64,000 nucleotides of DNA. Origin: a virus. Shown one piece after another: positions 8,764 through 18,572 of this stretch; within the stretch, counting starts at the first letter, position 1; each line of letters opens with the position of its first letter. A model generated the notes under the pieces. The model made no database searches and was not told where the DNA came from. It saw only the letters and a program-made list of their open reading frames with translations. The position numbers were made by a program, and so were the translations under genes. The DNA is taken from the IMG/VR virus record IMGVR_UViG_3300025881_000985, positions 130,557 through 194,556 of that record, one strand, 5' to 3'.

Positions 8764-9568
8764 AGAAGTACTAATAAACGGACAAGAACGCAGAGATCGC
8801 ACCGGCGTTGGTACCATTGGTTTATTTGGTATGCAACAACGTTATGATCTAAACAAAGGTTTCCCAGCAGTAACTACAAAGAAACTTGCATGGAAAAGTG
8901 TAGTTAGCGAGTTGCTCTGGTTCTTAGAAGGCAGTGGCGACGAACGTAGACTAGCCGAAATATTACACAAAACAAGAGATGAAAACAAGAAAACTATCTG
9001 GTCTCCTAATGCAGAAGCAGACTACTGGTTACCTAATGCGGAATACAAAGGCGACCTTGGTAGAGTGTATGGTGTACAATGGCGTGAATGGGGAACAGAT
9101 CAAATTGAAAAACTAATTGAAGGTATTAAACAAGATCCATTTTCACGTAGACATATACTAAGTGCATGGAATGTAGGCGAGCTAGATCTAATGGCATTAC
9201 CACCATGTCATATTATGGCTCAGTTTTATGTTAGCACAGACAACAAATTAAGTTGTCAAATGTACCAACGAAGTTGCGACATGTTTCTTGGAGTACCATT
9301 TAACATTGCAAGTTATAGTCTACTCACACATATGATTGCCCAAGTATGCAATCTAAAAGTAGGCGAGTTTGTGCATACATTAGGCGATGCACATATATAT
9401 CTTAACCATGTCAATCAAGTTAAAGAACAACTTGCAAGAGAACCGTTGCCTTTACCTACACTTTGGCTAAATCCAGAAAAAAGACATATTGATCATTTTA
9501 CAATGGATGATATACGTTTGCAGAATTATCAAAGTCACGAAACAATTAAAGCGGAGATGGCAGTATGA
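8738..9568 (+). CDS. thyA: Thymidylate synthase
   Basis: DRTGVGT, LPPCH, YQRSCDMFLGVPFNIASY, GDAHIY. Start moved to ATG 8738. Confidence 0.95.
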   Translation: MKNYLNAIKEVLINGQERRDRTGVGTIGLFGMQQRYDLNKGFPAVTTKKLAWKSVVSELLWFLEGSGDERRLAEILHKTRDENKKTIWSPNAEADYWLPNAEYKGDLGRVYGVQWREWGTDQIEKLIEGIKQDPFSRRHILSAWNVGELDLMALPPCHIMAQFYVSTDNKLSCQMYQRSCDMFLGVPFNIASYSLLTHMIAQVCNLKVGEFVHTLGDAHIYLNHVNQVKEQLAREPLPLPTLWLNPEKRHIDHFTMDDIRLQNYQSHETIKAEMAV

Positions 9569-10572
9569 CCAGAGCATTAGTAACAGGCGGATTAGGACTT
9601 ATTGGTCATAATATAGTACAAGAACTTGTTAGTCAAAATATCCCTACAGCCATTGTTGACAACCTAACAAATTATAACAATGCAATTAGTATGAAAGAAT
9701 TAGGATATCTATTTGGTGAAAGACTTAAACTAGTACACGACCTGCCACCTAATCTTGTTAGTTTAAATTACCTACACAAAGACATTGAAACAAACGATTT
9801 TGAATCTTGTTTTAACTTTGTAAAACCAACAGTTTTGTATCATTTGGCTTGTCCTCCTAGACAAAAGATTGTTGGACTAAGTCCACAGTTCTGCGGTAAT
9901 ACAATGATTGGCGGATTGCTTAATACTTTAAAACACTGTGTCAAATACAATGTAGAAAGAATTGTTTATATTAGTTCTAGTATGGTATATGGAGACTTTG
10001 AAGATAATGTTACTGAAGATGCAGTACTAAATCCACAAGGTGAATACGGTATTTTAAAACTTGCTGGTGAACAATTGGTCAAAGACTATCACAGAAAGTA
10101 TGGACTAAATTATACTATCATTAGACCAAGTGCAGTTTATGGTCCGCTTGATTTAAGTGATAGAGTTATTAGTAAGTTTCTGTTAACTGCAATGGGAGGC
10201 GGAGAGCTTACTGTCAATGGTGAACACGAAACACTTGATTTTACATATGTTGGTGATGCCGCACAAGGTATTACGAGTGCCGGATTAAGCGAAGAAGCAG
10301 AAAATAAAACCTATAACATTACCAAGAGCCACAGTAAGACTTTATTAGCGGCCGCTGAACTAGCAGTTGAGATTGCTGGAAAAGGTACTATTAAGATCAA
10401 TGAAAAAGATGATGATTTTCCAAGTCGTGGAGCATTAGACATTACCGCGGCAAAACAAGACTTTGGGTTTGATCCCCAAGTTGATATTGAAGAAGGATTT
10501 GGCTTATATCATGAGTGGCTTTCAAATTCCGTTTACTGGAACAAAGCGGCAATATCAAAGTTTGCGAAGTGA
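9565..10572 (+). CDS. NAD-dependent NDP-sugar epimerase/dehydratase (extended SDR)
   Basis: GGLGLIG, SSSMVYG, YGILK, IRPSAVYGP, DFTYVGD. Confidence 0.9.
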   Translation: MTRALVTGGLGLIGHNIVQELVSQNIPTAIVDNLTNYNNAISMKELGYLFGERLKLVHDLPPNLVSLNYLHKDIETNDFESCFNFVKPTVLYHLACPPRQKIVGLSPQFCGNTMIGGLLNTLKHCVKYNVERIVYISSSMVYGDFEDNVTEDAVLNPQGEYGILKLAGEQLVKDYHRKYGLNYTIIRPSAVYGPLDLSDRVISKFLLTAMGGGELTVNGEHETLDFTYVGDAAQGITSAGLSEEAENKTYNITKSHSKTLLAAAELAVEIAGKGTIKINEKDDDFPSRGALDITAAKQDFGFDPQVDIEEGFGLYHEWLSNSVYWNKAAISKFAK

Positions 10573-11674
10573 GCTTCTTGATACTGCTGATAAAGTTTGG
10601 TCTACAGGACAACACCTAAACGGATACTACACAGAGACTTTTGAAAGTGTAATTGCTGAACGATGCAATCGCAAATATGCTATTGCTGTTAACAGCGGAA
10701 CACAGGCGTTGATATTCGCTATTAGATCTCTCAAGCTACCCTTTCGTAGCAAGATAGCAATACCAGGTTTAAGTTTTGTTGCAACTCTTAACAGTATAAT
10801 TGAAACTGGTTATATCCCACATTTAATTGATGTTGACAAAGATGGTCTAATAGATCTGACAACCGATGAAGATATTGAAAAAACCTATGATGCTTTGGTA
10901 TATGTTAACCTATATGGTAACATGGTTGATTATAGTAAAATTAAATTAATTACAGAATTTTTTGGACAAATTACAAAGTTACCTGTTATTGAAGATGCCG
11001 CTCAGAGTTTTGGATCCACGTTTCAAGGTAAACCAAGTGGTAGCTTTGGAGACATTAGTATATTAAGTTTTGATCCAATGAAAAACTTTAACAGTTATGG
11101 CAGTGGCGGAATGGTATTAACTGATGACATGGCTATTGCATCAAGTGTTAGAGACCTTGCTACCAATGGCAAAGAAAATAACTATTCTCACAGTGGAACC
11201 AACAGTCGTATGAGCGAACTGGATTGTGCTTGTATGTTAGTGAAGTTGGGCCACTTTGATAAATGGCAAGCACGCCGAAAGAAGATTGCAACTTACTGGA
11301 ATGATGAATTTAACAATCATATTAGAACACTTGTTGTACATGATGATGTTGAATCAAGTTATCACAAATATCCAATATTTGTTAATCCAAATGTAACCAG
11401 TAGAAATAGATTAAAGTATAACCTACAAGAGTTAGGAATTGCAACAAAAGTACACTACGATAAAGCTCTTGGCAACTATCAATCCTTTATTGAATGTGCT
11501 TATAGTATTTACGATGCCGACCTTAGAGCCGGAATAGAACACCAAGCCACACAAACCAACATGGCTGTAACTATAGCAAATAACCAATTGAGTTTACCTA
11601 TATATCCTGAACTAACTGATGCTGAAGTTGAATTTATTGCAGAACAAGTTAAAGATAATGCATCCAAGTACTAG
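10511..11674 (+). CDS. DegT/DnrJ/EryC1/StrS PLP-dependent sugar aminotransferase
   Basis: AVNSGT.AL, IEDAAQSFG, SFDPMKN (PLP lysine), GSGGMVLTDD, NSRMSEL. Start moved to ATG 10511. Confidence 0.9.
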   Translation: MSGFQIPFTGTKRQYQSLRSELLDTADKVWSTGQHLNGYYTETFESVIAERCNRKYAIAVNSGTQALIFAIRSLKLPFRSKIAIPGLSFVATLNSIIETGYIPHLIDVDKDGLIDLTTDEDIEKTYDALVYVNLYGNMVDYSKIKLITEFFGQITKLPVIEDAAQSFGSTFQGKPSGSFGDISILSFDPMKNFNSYGSGGMVLTDDMAIASSVRDLATNGKENNYSHSGTNSRMSELDCACMLVKLGHFDKWQARRKKIATYWNDEFNNHIRTLVVHDDVESSYHKYPIFVNPNVTSRNRLKYNLQELGIATKVHYDKALGNYQSFIECAYSIYDADLRAGIEHQATQTNMAVTIANNQLSLPIYPELTDAEVEFIAEQVKDNASKY

Positions 11675-12449
11675 AAAACTTGATAAGTTTCTTTACAGTA
11701 ACAAAGTACATGCTTCAGCATTTGAAAAAGGCTTGAACGGAGATATCCGTGACTTTAGAGGCCAAACCCTTGACTGGCTTCCAACGGATACCGAAAAGCT
11801 ATACCTAACAAATATTAAAAAGTTTCCTGAGTTTTTTGCAGACAAGGAATGGACACAACCAGGAAATATTACATATCATATCAATGCACACGGGTTTCGT
11901 GGAGAGTTCTATACTGAGCCAGATATAGTAGCACTAGGATGTAGTAACACTATGGGCATTGGGTTACCCGAGGATAAGATATGGTGCTACCAACTTGGTC
12001 AAAAATTAAATATGACTGTAACCAATTTAGGAGTTGGCGGAATTGGTACAGACAGTATATATAATATTGTTAAGTCAATGATATTATCAAAGATAGTAAA
12101 ACCTAAATTTGTTGCAATGCTTGTGCCACCAATTGGAAGACTTGAAATACGTACAAATCATCATGATGTTCAACAAGTGAACACTGCGTCAGATAGTGCT
12201 ACATTAATAGGTAAACATTGGTGGCTTAATGATGAGAATAGCACACTGTTTGATGAAAGAAATATTATGGCAATTTACTTTCTACTAGAAAGTTTAAATA
12301 TTCCAATTATACACTTAAACAGTAATCAACTCCTGCACCGGCAACACCCCAAGGGAGATCTTGCAAGAGACATGATGCATCCTGGTCCTGTATCACACAA
12401 CGGACTATCTCAACTTATGGCAAACCTAGTAGAAGCAAAACTAACTTGA
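11658..12449 (+). CDS. SGNH/GDSL hydrolase-like protein
   Basis: ALGCSNTMG (block I), NLGVGG (block II), DMMHPG (block V). Confidence 0.7.
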   Translation: MHPSTRKLDKFLYSNKVHASAFEKGLNGDIRDFRGQTLDWLPTDTEKLYLTNIKKFPEFFADKEWTQPGNITYHINAHGFRGEFYTEPDIVALGCSNTMGIGLPEDKIWCYQLGQKLNMTVTNLGVGGIGTDSIYNIVKSMILSKIVKPKFVAMLVPPIGRLEIRTNHHDVQQVNTASDSATLIGKHWWLNDENSTLFDERNIMAIYFLLESLNIPIIHLNSNQLLHRQHPKGDLARDMMHPGPVSHNGLSQLMANLVEAKLT

Positions 12450-15092
12450 CTCAAACTTTTCTTTGAGCCACGCCCAATCAAAACTCTTTTGTAGCTCTAT
12501 AGGATCACCATCTACTTCTTCATAATATCTAAGTGCATCACTTGCACCTTGTATACTATAAACACCATTCAAACTATCTCGACCTTTTGTTAGCCAAGAA
12601 GTAAGTCTAGCTTCATTTTCAATACTAGGGTTTATGTCATCAAACTGTTTCAGTTTCAATACTTCACGAAATGCTGTACGCCAAGTCATCCACGGGTCTG
12701 TATTGTAATGAGCAGTGCCGCTAAGAACTGGTACAACTTCATGTGGAGCACTCAGTGTAAAGTCCAGTCCTGGTTGGTTTGTGGCTAGTGTAAGACGCTT
12801 ATTATAAGCTATAACCCCCATGTGTCCGTATTCTAATCCGTTTACTGGATTACGTGCATTAAAAATATAGTGCTTTGCTTGTTGGAAATAGTCTGGTTGC
12901 CAAGTAAAATCAAAGTCTCGTTCTACTTCAATTTTAGCAAACACTGCAAAGAACCATTCAGTGTTTGATGCATGGGCCGCGGCTTGGTATGCTTTTACAC
13001 GACCATCAATACCTTCAATGTGATGTATTGTATTCTTATGTTCTAATGCTCCTGCTGGATCTTTTGTAATTGCTACATCTATTAGATGTGTGTACCAACG
13101 ATTTGCTTCAGTCTCGCCGTTACTGATAAAACATATATCCAATGGTCGTGGTATAAAATCAGAACGTCCCGGAGACTTTTTATTAATATAAGGAAAGTCA
13201 TATACCTGTTCAATTTGACGTTTACTAATATCACGAGGTATAACAGCCAAGCTATTGTCGCTGGTTAAACTTACAACCTCACGGTCTTTTTGCCTCCACA
13301 AACATATAGCACCATATACTTCGGAAGTGTAACGTATTGATGCCCCCATGTTAGGTAATAGATTATCTTGTTTCTGAAAAACGGCATATGGAAAATTGGG
13401 CCAAACATAATTGTTAATTGTATCAACCATGTTATCAGTGGTGTATTCAACAACAGGCATTGGCCATCTTTTTAGTTCTTGTTCTAATGTATAATTAATA
13501 ACGTTGAACCAATCCAGTATTTCTAAATCATACATCTGAGTTTTAAAACTCTCAACGTGTATATAAAAAGTATCTCCTCGTTTTTGTCCGTTACTAGGAA
13601 ATACGTGTATCATTTCGTTTTGCCAAGGCTCAGGTTGCCAACTAAAATCAAAACGAGCATAGTCACAAATACTGTTGATGATCCAAATGTATTCATGTCC
13701 TTCGTGGTTGTTAATAATTCTTTTGAATGTATCCAGATAGTTGTCAACAAAACGTGTAACAGTTATATTATTGTGTTGACTTTGCAGTTTGTCAAGTTGA
13801 ACTTGACTTTGTTCATTACCCCAATCAACATATACAATAGCATGTAGATCATCAGGTACAGTAACAGATTGTTCTTTAACAAAATTTAAATTTGGAAACT
13901 CCGTTATGGAGTTGGCCCATTGACTTGATCGTTGAAATTCAAACTTGTTAATTAAAAAAGTATCACTCCATTTTTGCCATTGGCTACCAAACACATGAGT
14001 CATATAACTTTGCCAACTCTCAGGACGCCAATCAAAATCAAATTCATCATATACATTTTCGCTACTAATAATCCAAAATCTATTGGTACTACTACGACTA
14101 ACACATCTGCGTACTGTTTCCAACATTGAGTTGGCGTAGCGAATCTTTTGCATTCCAGGGTACTTTTCTAGTAGTTTTTCGTACCTTGCCTTAGCTAAAC
14201 TATTGTTTTTATCTACGTAAAATACATCTATTTCTTTGAAGGTGCCAATGTCGTGTCCTGGAAAATAATCCATCAATTTAACTTCTGTAGCACCTTCAAC
14301 AGTGTACATCAATCCGCTTGATTGTATATCACCAATTGGAAAATGGTATATGTACGGAGGATCAAGTACATTGGGTTTCCATGTAAAGTCAACTGTTGAT
14401 TCATCAACATCGTCGGGTATTGTCCAACATTCTTTGCTTTCGTCTTGCGTACTTATAAAGTCTGCAATTTTAATTTGTTCACCCATTCCGTATGTAATGC
14501 CACCTGCACTTTGCCACTTAGTAGGAAAATGGTATGTGTATTCTGGATCTAATATGTTAGGATGCCAACTGGTATCAATTGACATGTCATTGGGAATATG
14601 CCAATTATCTAATACTGGAAATGCTGTTGCTATTTGTGCATCAACTAACTTAACTCCAGCAGTGCCAGAATACACAGGACCTCCTGCACTTTGGTGTTGT
14701 GTAGGAAAGTAATAACTGTAGTCAGGTTCATGTGGATCAGGATGCCAACTATAATCAAAATTTTCTGTATATTCAGTATTAATAAATTTTGATTTGTCTG
14801 ACAAACGTGTTACAGTTTGATCTGTGCAGAAATGGTATTGCATTTCTTGTATACGTTTACTCACAAGATATACTTCGCCATCACGTTGCCATTGGCTGGC
14901 CCAACAATGTACATACTTTTCCATCCAAGGCTCTGGAACCACATGAAAGTTAAAGTTTGAGTAGTCATTACCGCCATATAAATAGAAACAATACCTAGTA
15001 CGACTTAGTTTGATAGCTTCAGTTAAACTTGAAGCAGGCTTCTCAAACTCAAATAAACCAGGCTTAGGGCCAAAGTAAAAAACATCAAACAT
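12441..15092 (-). CDS. 883-aa multi-repeat glycosyltransferase-like protein
   Basis: C-terminal domain clearly paralogous to 29573..30505. Four repeats of a ..W....DFDF.W.P..W unit plus three short WHP/WKP repeats. Confidence 0.6.
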   Translation of the reverse strand: MFDVFYFGPKPGLFEFEKPASSLTEAIKLSRTRYCFYLYGGNDYSNFNFHVVPEPWMEKYVHCWASQWQRDGEVYLVSKRIQEMQYHFCTDQTVTRLSDKSKFINTEYTENFDYSWHPDPHEPDYSYYFPTQHQSAGGPVYSGTAGVKLVDAQIATAFPVLDNWHIPNDMSIDTSWHPNILDPEYTYHFPTKWQSAGGITYGMGEQIKIADFISTQDESKECWTIPDDVDESTVDFTWKPNVLDPPYIYHFPIGDIQSSGLMYTVEGATEVKLMDYFPGHDIGTFKEIDVFYVDKNNSLAKARYEKLLEKYPGMQKIRYANSMLETVRRCVSRSSTNRFWIISSENVYDEFDFDWRPESWQSYMTHVFGSQWQKWSDTFLINKFEFQRSSQWANSITEFPNLNFVKEQSVTVPDDLHAIVYVDWGNEQSQVQLDKLQSQHNNITVTRFVDNYLDTFKRIINNHEGHEYIWIINSICDYARFDFSWQPEPWQNEMIHVFPSNGQKRGDTFYIHVESFKTQMYDLEILDWFNVINYTLEQELKRWPMPVVEYTTDNMVDTINNYVWPNFPYAVFQKQDNLLPNMGASIRYTSEVYGAICLWRQKDREVVSLTSDNSLAVIPRDISKRQIEQVYDFPYINKKSPGRSDFIPRPLDICFISNGETEANRWYTHLIDVAITKDPAGALEHKNTIHHIEGIDGRVKAYQAAAHASNTEWFFAVFAKIEVERDFDFTWQPDYFQQAKHYIFNARNPVNGLEYGHMGVIAYNKRLTLATNQPGLDFTLSAPHEVVPVLSGTAHYNTDPWMTWRTAFREVLKLKQFDDINPSIENEARLTSWLTKGRDSLNGVYSIQGASDALRYYEEVDGDPIELQKSFDWAWLKEKFESS

Positions 15093-16173
15093 GTATAATA
15101 TTCACTCTCATTATGAAAACATCTTCGCGTTAGCAAACCAACATTGGCCCGAAGGTGTTGTGTTAGTATATCCGTTTCCTTTTGGTTCTAGCACTGTTGA
15201 AAGCCTCGAATGGTTAAACAGTGGCGACGATGGCCCTGTATTGTTTTGCTATGATCAAGAACCTCTTATTCCAGGTTACAATGATCCGTTATTTGATTAC
15301 GTTAGAGACTCATGGCCTAATAGACGTATAATATTACTTAACACTGAATACCACAGTGAGTCAAAAAACTATTTCAACGACAAGTACGGCTTTGAAGATT
15401 GCTATTACTTTTATCATGTATTTGCCGCACATGATTGGTTCCGCGGTTATCAATACTGTCCAGATATTATAGCACCAGTTGATCGAAAAGTCAAGAAGAA
15501 ATTTATTACATTTAACCGAATTACAGGTAATGCTAGAAGTTATCGTAGTTTGCACGTTGCTGATTTAAAACGCAACAATCTATTACAACACGGAAATATC
15601 AGTTATAGTGTTGATTGTCCAGAACACGGAAACAACATTAAACAACTTGATTGGGCAGAAGATACTTACAAGTATGATTTTACCTGGGCTAAAAACGAAC
15701 TAAAAGATTTAGAAGAGTTACGTATTGATACAGAATCATTGAGTCATATACCAAACGGAAGTATGGTACTTAGTGCAGTTAACCAATGCATGGAAAGTTT
15801 CTTGTTTGTTGTTACAGAGACTGAATTTTGGACTAACAAATGTCACTTAACAGAAAAGATATTCAAACCTATAATCAGCGAAATGCCATTTGTATTACTT
15901 GGTCCTCCGGGTAACTTGTTATACTTTAGAAGTCACGGATTTAAAACGTTCAATGACTGGTGGGACGAAAGTTACGATAATATAGTTGACCCTGTTGATC
16001 GTTTGTTGGCTGTTAATAAAGTTATTAAAGATATCTGTGCAATGCCACATAGTGAATTAGAATCTATGCTTAAAGATATGGCTCCTGCACTAAAGTCTAA
16101 TAGACAAAAGTTTGAAAGTCAATGTTTTCTTAATTCTATGTGGGACGAATTAAAACACAATCTATTTAAGTAA
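15091..16173 (+). CDS. Putative glycosyltransferase-like protein
   Basis: FITFNR...R, VVTET...LTEKIFKPI...PFVLLG, GFKTF..WDESYD. TEK motif recalls GT10-like enzymes. Family not certain. Confidence 0.45.
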   Translation: MYNIHSHYENIFALANQHWPEGVVLVYPFPFGSSTVESLEWLNSGDDGPVLFCYDQEPLIPGYNDPLFDYVRDSWPNRRIILLNTEYHSESKNYFNDKYGFEDCYYFYHVFAAHDWFRGYQYCPDIIAPVDRKVKKKFITFNRITGNARSYRSLHVADLKRNNLLQHGNISYSVDCPEHGNNIKQLDWAEDTYKYDFTWAKNELKDLEELRIDTESLSHIPNGSMVLSAVNQCMESFLFVVTETEFWTNKCHLTEKIFKPIISEMPFVLLGPPGNLLYFRSHGFKTFNDWWDESYDNIVDPVDRLLAVNKVIKDICAMPHSELESMLKDMAPALKSNRQKFESQCFLNSMWDELKHNLFK

Positions 16174-16659
16174 CTTCTTTGCTTTCTTTGTAGCCATATC
16201 CCATTTTAGTTTACTACATCGATCTTTGAATGTAATACCCATTAAATGATCAAACTCATGCAAGTAGCACCTGGCAGTATAACCAGTTAATGTTTCTGTT
16301 TGCAACTCAAGTTTTTCATTATAAAACTCAGCAATAACAGTTTTAGGTCTGGCAATCTTAACAAACACCATTGGAAAACTTAAACAACCTTCATAGTCTA
16401 CTACAACCTCATCATCAGTTGTTTCGTCAATACGTATTGTTGGATTGATACACAATGTACTATTTTCTTTGCTGTCGCCAATAACAAACAAACGGTGATC
16501 AATTCCAACTTGATTAGCACTTAAACCCATGCCTTCATGTTGTACCATCAAGTCTACCATTTCGTTTTTCATTTGCCCAGGATCAAATCCTGGGTTATCA
16601 ATATCCACTGCGGTTACTGCTTTCGCTAACCAAGGATCTGGTGCTAGTATTAATTCCAT
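16162..16659 (-). CDS. def: Peptide deformylase
   Basis: All three motifs: GMGLSANQVG, EGCLS, HEFDHL.G. Start moved to ATG 16659 (TAATG overlap). Confidence 0.93.
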   Translation of the reverse strand: MELILAPDPWLAKAVTAVDIDNPGFDPGQMKNEMVDLMVQHEGMGLSANQVGIDHRLFVIGDSKENSTLCINPTIRIDETTDDEVVVDYEGCLSFPMVFVKIARPKTVIAEFYNEKLELQTETLTGYTARCYLHEFDHLMGITFKDRCSKLKWDMATKKAKKLLK

Positions 16660-17078
16660 TATTGCCTTCCTGCCCAAAAGTCTCTGTTAAAATGTTGCTT
16701 TTCAGCAATCGTTGTTTTAGTTTCAAGTGGTTCAAGATCTTTATCAATATGTATACGTTCAACATCATAACCAATTGTACGTCCGTAGAAAACATTAGTA
16801 ATATTTGGAACTTGAATTATTTCAATCATTTTAGGATAATCAACTTTGAGATCATCTTCGATTGTTTTTTTAATTTGTTCAAATGTGTAAGGATCTTTCT
16901 TGTGTGGTGCTCGCACCATTATAACAACTTGTTGAGCTTTGCTTGTTCTATACATTTCTGGAGTTTCGATTCTACCTTTATAGATCATAGAATCAAGTAT
17001 AGCACGATGTCCTGGATCCCAAGGTTGAAATCTTCCTAAGAATTGAGCAGTGGGTCTACTCCAATCTTCAATACTCAT
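16659..17078 (-). CDS. HIGH-family (cytidylyl/NMN-adenylyltransferase-like) nucleotidyltransferase
   Basis: FLGRFQPWDPGH, DPYTFEQ, VPNITNVFYGR..GY. Confidence 0.7.
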   Translation of the reverse strand: MSIEDWSRPTAQFLGRFQPWDPGHRAILDSMIYKGRIETPEMYRTSKAQQVVIMVRAPHKKDPYTFEQIKKTIEDDLKVDYPKMIEIIQVPNITNVFYGRTIGYDVERIHIDKDLEPLETKTTIAEKQHFNRDFWAGRQ

Positions 17079-17090
17079 TTTATTGTCCTC

Positions 17091-18572
17091 TTAACTGCAA
17101 ACATCTATGCCGTATTGATCTTCAAAACGATCAGCATCAGCTCTAGTGTTTACTATTGGTTCACCTCTGATATTTAAACTGGTGTTTAGTAACATTGGGC
17201 ATCCAGTTAGTATAAACCATTTTTCTAACATCTCTCTAATATGTTTAAACTCTGGCTCTTTACCTACAGTTTGTACTCTGCTTGAATTGTCAACATGACA
17301 TATAGCAGGAAACTTTTTTGGAGATTTACATATTCCAACACTTTGCATATACGGACTATGAACCCAAGCCTTGGGCAAATCAAAATATGCTTGTGCTTGT
17401 TCTTCTAATATCATTGGAGCAAACGGCCTAAACTTTTGTCTACGTTTAATTTCGTTTACTCTATCTTTAATATCATCTCCTCTTGGATCTGCTAGTAAAC
17501 TTCTATTGCCTAATGCTCGTGGTCCAAACTCTGCACGACCACTTGCTACACCTACAATTTGTTTTTCTAATAATAGATCAAGTAATTGGTCCACTGGATA
17601 TTCACCCGGGATATCACAGCCCAAAAACGGACCTTGCCAGTTAAGTTTCTTTTTATAACTCAATGCCGCCGCACCTAAACTGCTACCTGCATCACCTGGG
17701 TTAGGCATAATCCAAATATTATCAAAACTATCAATTTTACTATTAGCGACACAATTGAGAGCAACACCACCCATTAATACCAAGTTGTTGCTGTAAAAAC
17801 TATGCCTTGCTCTATTGCATAAACGAGTTACCAAGTGTTCAGTTATAGCTTGTACACTAGCCGCAAGATCAATATCCAATGCTCCTGGCAAATAATCTTC
17901 GTCAATACCAGCATGACAATTTTGTCTAAATGTAAAGTCTCGTGAGTTTAGAATAAAGTCGTTGTATATTGTATCAAAATGTTTATTCTCACCCCAAGCG
18001 GCCATGCCCATAAAAATATACTCTTCGTCCATTGGCTTTAAACCAACATGTTTTGTCATTGCACTATAGAATAATCCCAAACTATGAGGATAACCTTGCT
18101 TCCATATTTGACGGTATCGTGCAATGCCTTGGTTATCATACATTGCTCGCCATATACTAGCGGTTGTAAATTCGCCAATGGCATCTATTACAACTACTGT
18201 AGCAACATCATATGGTGATGTTTGAAACCCTGCGGCCGCATGTGATAAGTGATGATCATACTTATGAATTTTAGTGTTACACTGAAAAGGAACGCCTTGA
18301 TTCTTTAATACATGCCTTACTGTAATGTTTGACCAATCAATTTTTTGGCCTGCATAACACTGTCTTACTTGTTTCTTAATTGGATCTTCGTAGTATGCAA
18401 TAGTATCAATATCGTCAAAATCAACTTCGCTCAACAGCTCACGACATAAGTCTTTATCATTTTTATTTCTACTATATCTTTCGCTATGACTTGCAAATGA
18501 AATATTTCCTTGTTCGTCTACAACGCTTACTGCCGCATCATGAAATCCAGCTGATATTCCTAATATACTCAT
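17091..18572 (-). CDS. Carbamoyltransferase (NodU/CmcH/TobZ family)
   Basis: FHDAAV, HHLSHA, DAIGE, GGVALNC, PGDAG, EFGPRALGNRSLLADP, FRPFAP, LNTSLN..GEP. Confidence 0.93.
   Translation of the reverse strand: MSILGISAGFHDAAVSVVDEQGNISFASHSERYSRNKNDKDLCRELLSEVDFDDIDTIAYYEDPIKKQVRQCYAGQKIDWSNITVRHVLKNQGVPFQCNTKIHKYDHHLSHAAAGFQTSPYDVATVVVIDAIGEFTTASIWRAMYDNQGIARYRQIWKQGYPHSLGLFYSAMTKHVGLKPMDEEYIFMGMAAWGENKHFDTIYNDFILNSRDFTFRQNCHAGIDEDYLPGALDIDLAASVQAITEHLVTRLCNRARHSFYSNNLVLMGGVALNCVANSKIDSFDNIWIMPNPGDAGSSLGAAALSYKKKLNWQGPFLGCDIPGEYPVDQLLDLLLEKQIVGVASGRAEFGPRALGNRSLLADPRGDDIKDRVNEIKRRQKFRPFAPMILEEQAQAYFDLPKAWVHSPYMQSVGICKSPKKFPAICHVDNSSRVQTVGKEPEFKHIREMLEKWFILTGCPMLLNTSLNIRGEPIVNTRADADRFEDQYGIDVCS

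Noticed and set aside
8738-9568. ThyA as a dCMP hydroxymethylase or intron-containing td gene
   Set aside because: Keeps the dUMP-specific Asn (GVPFN), is paired with DHFR, and the ORF is uninterrupted
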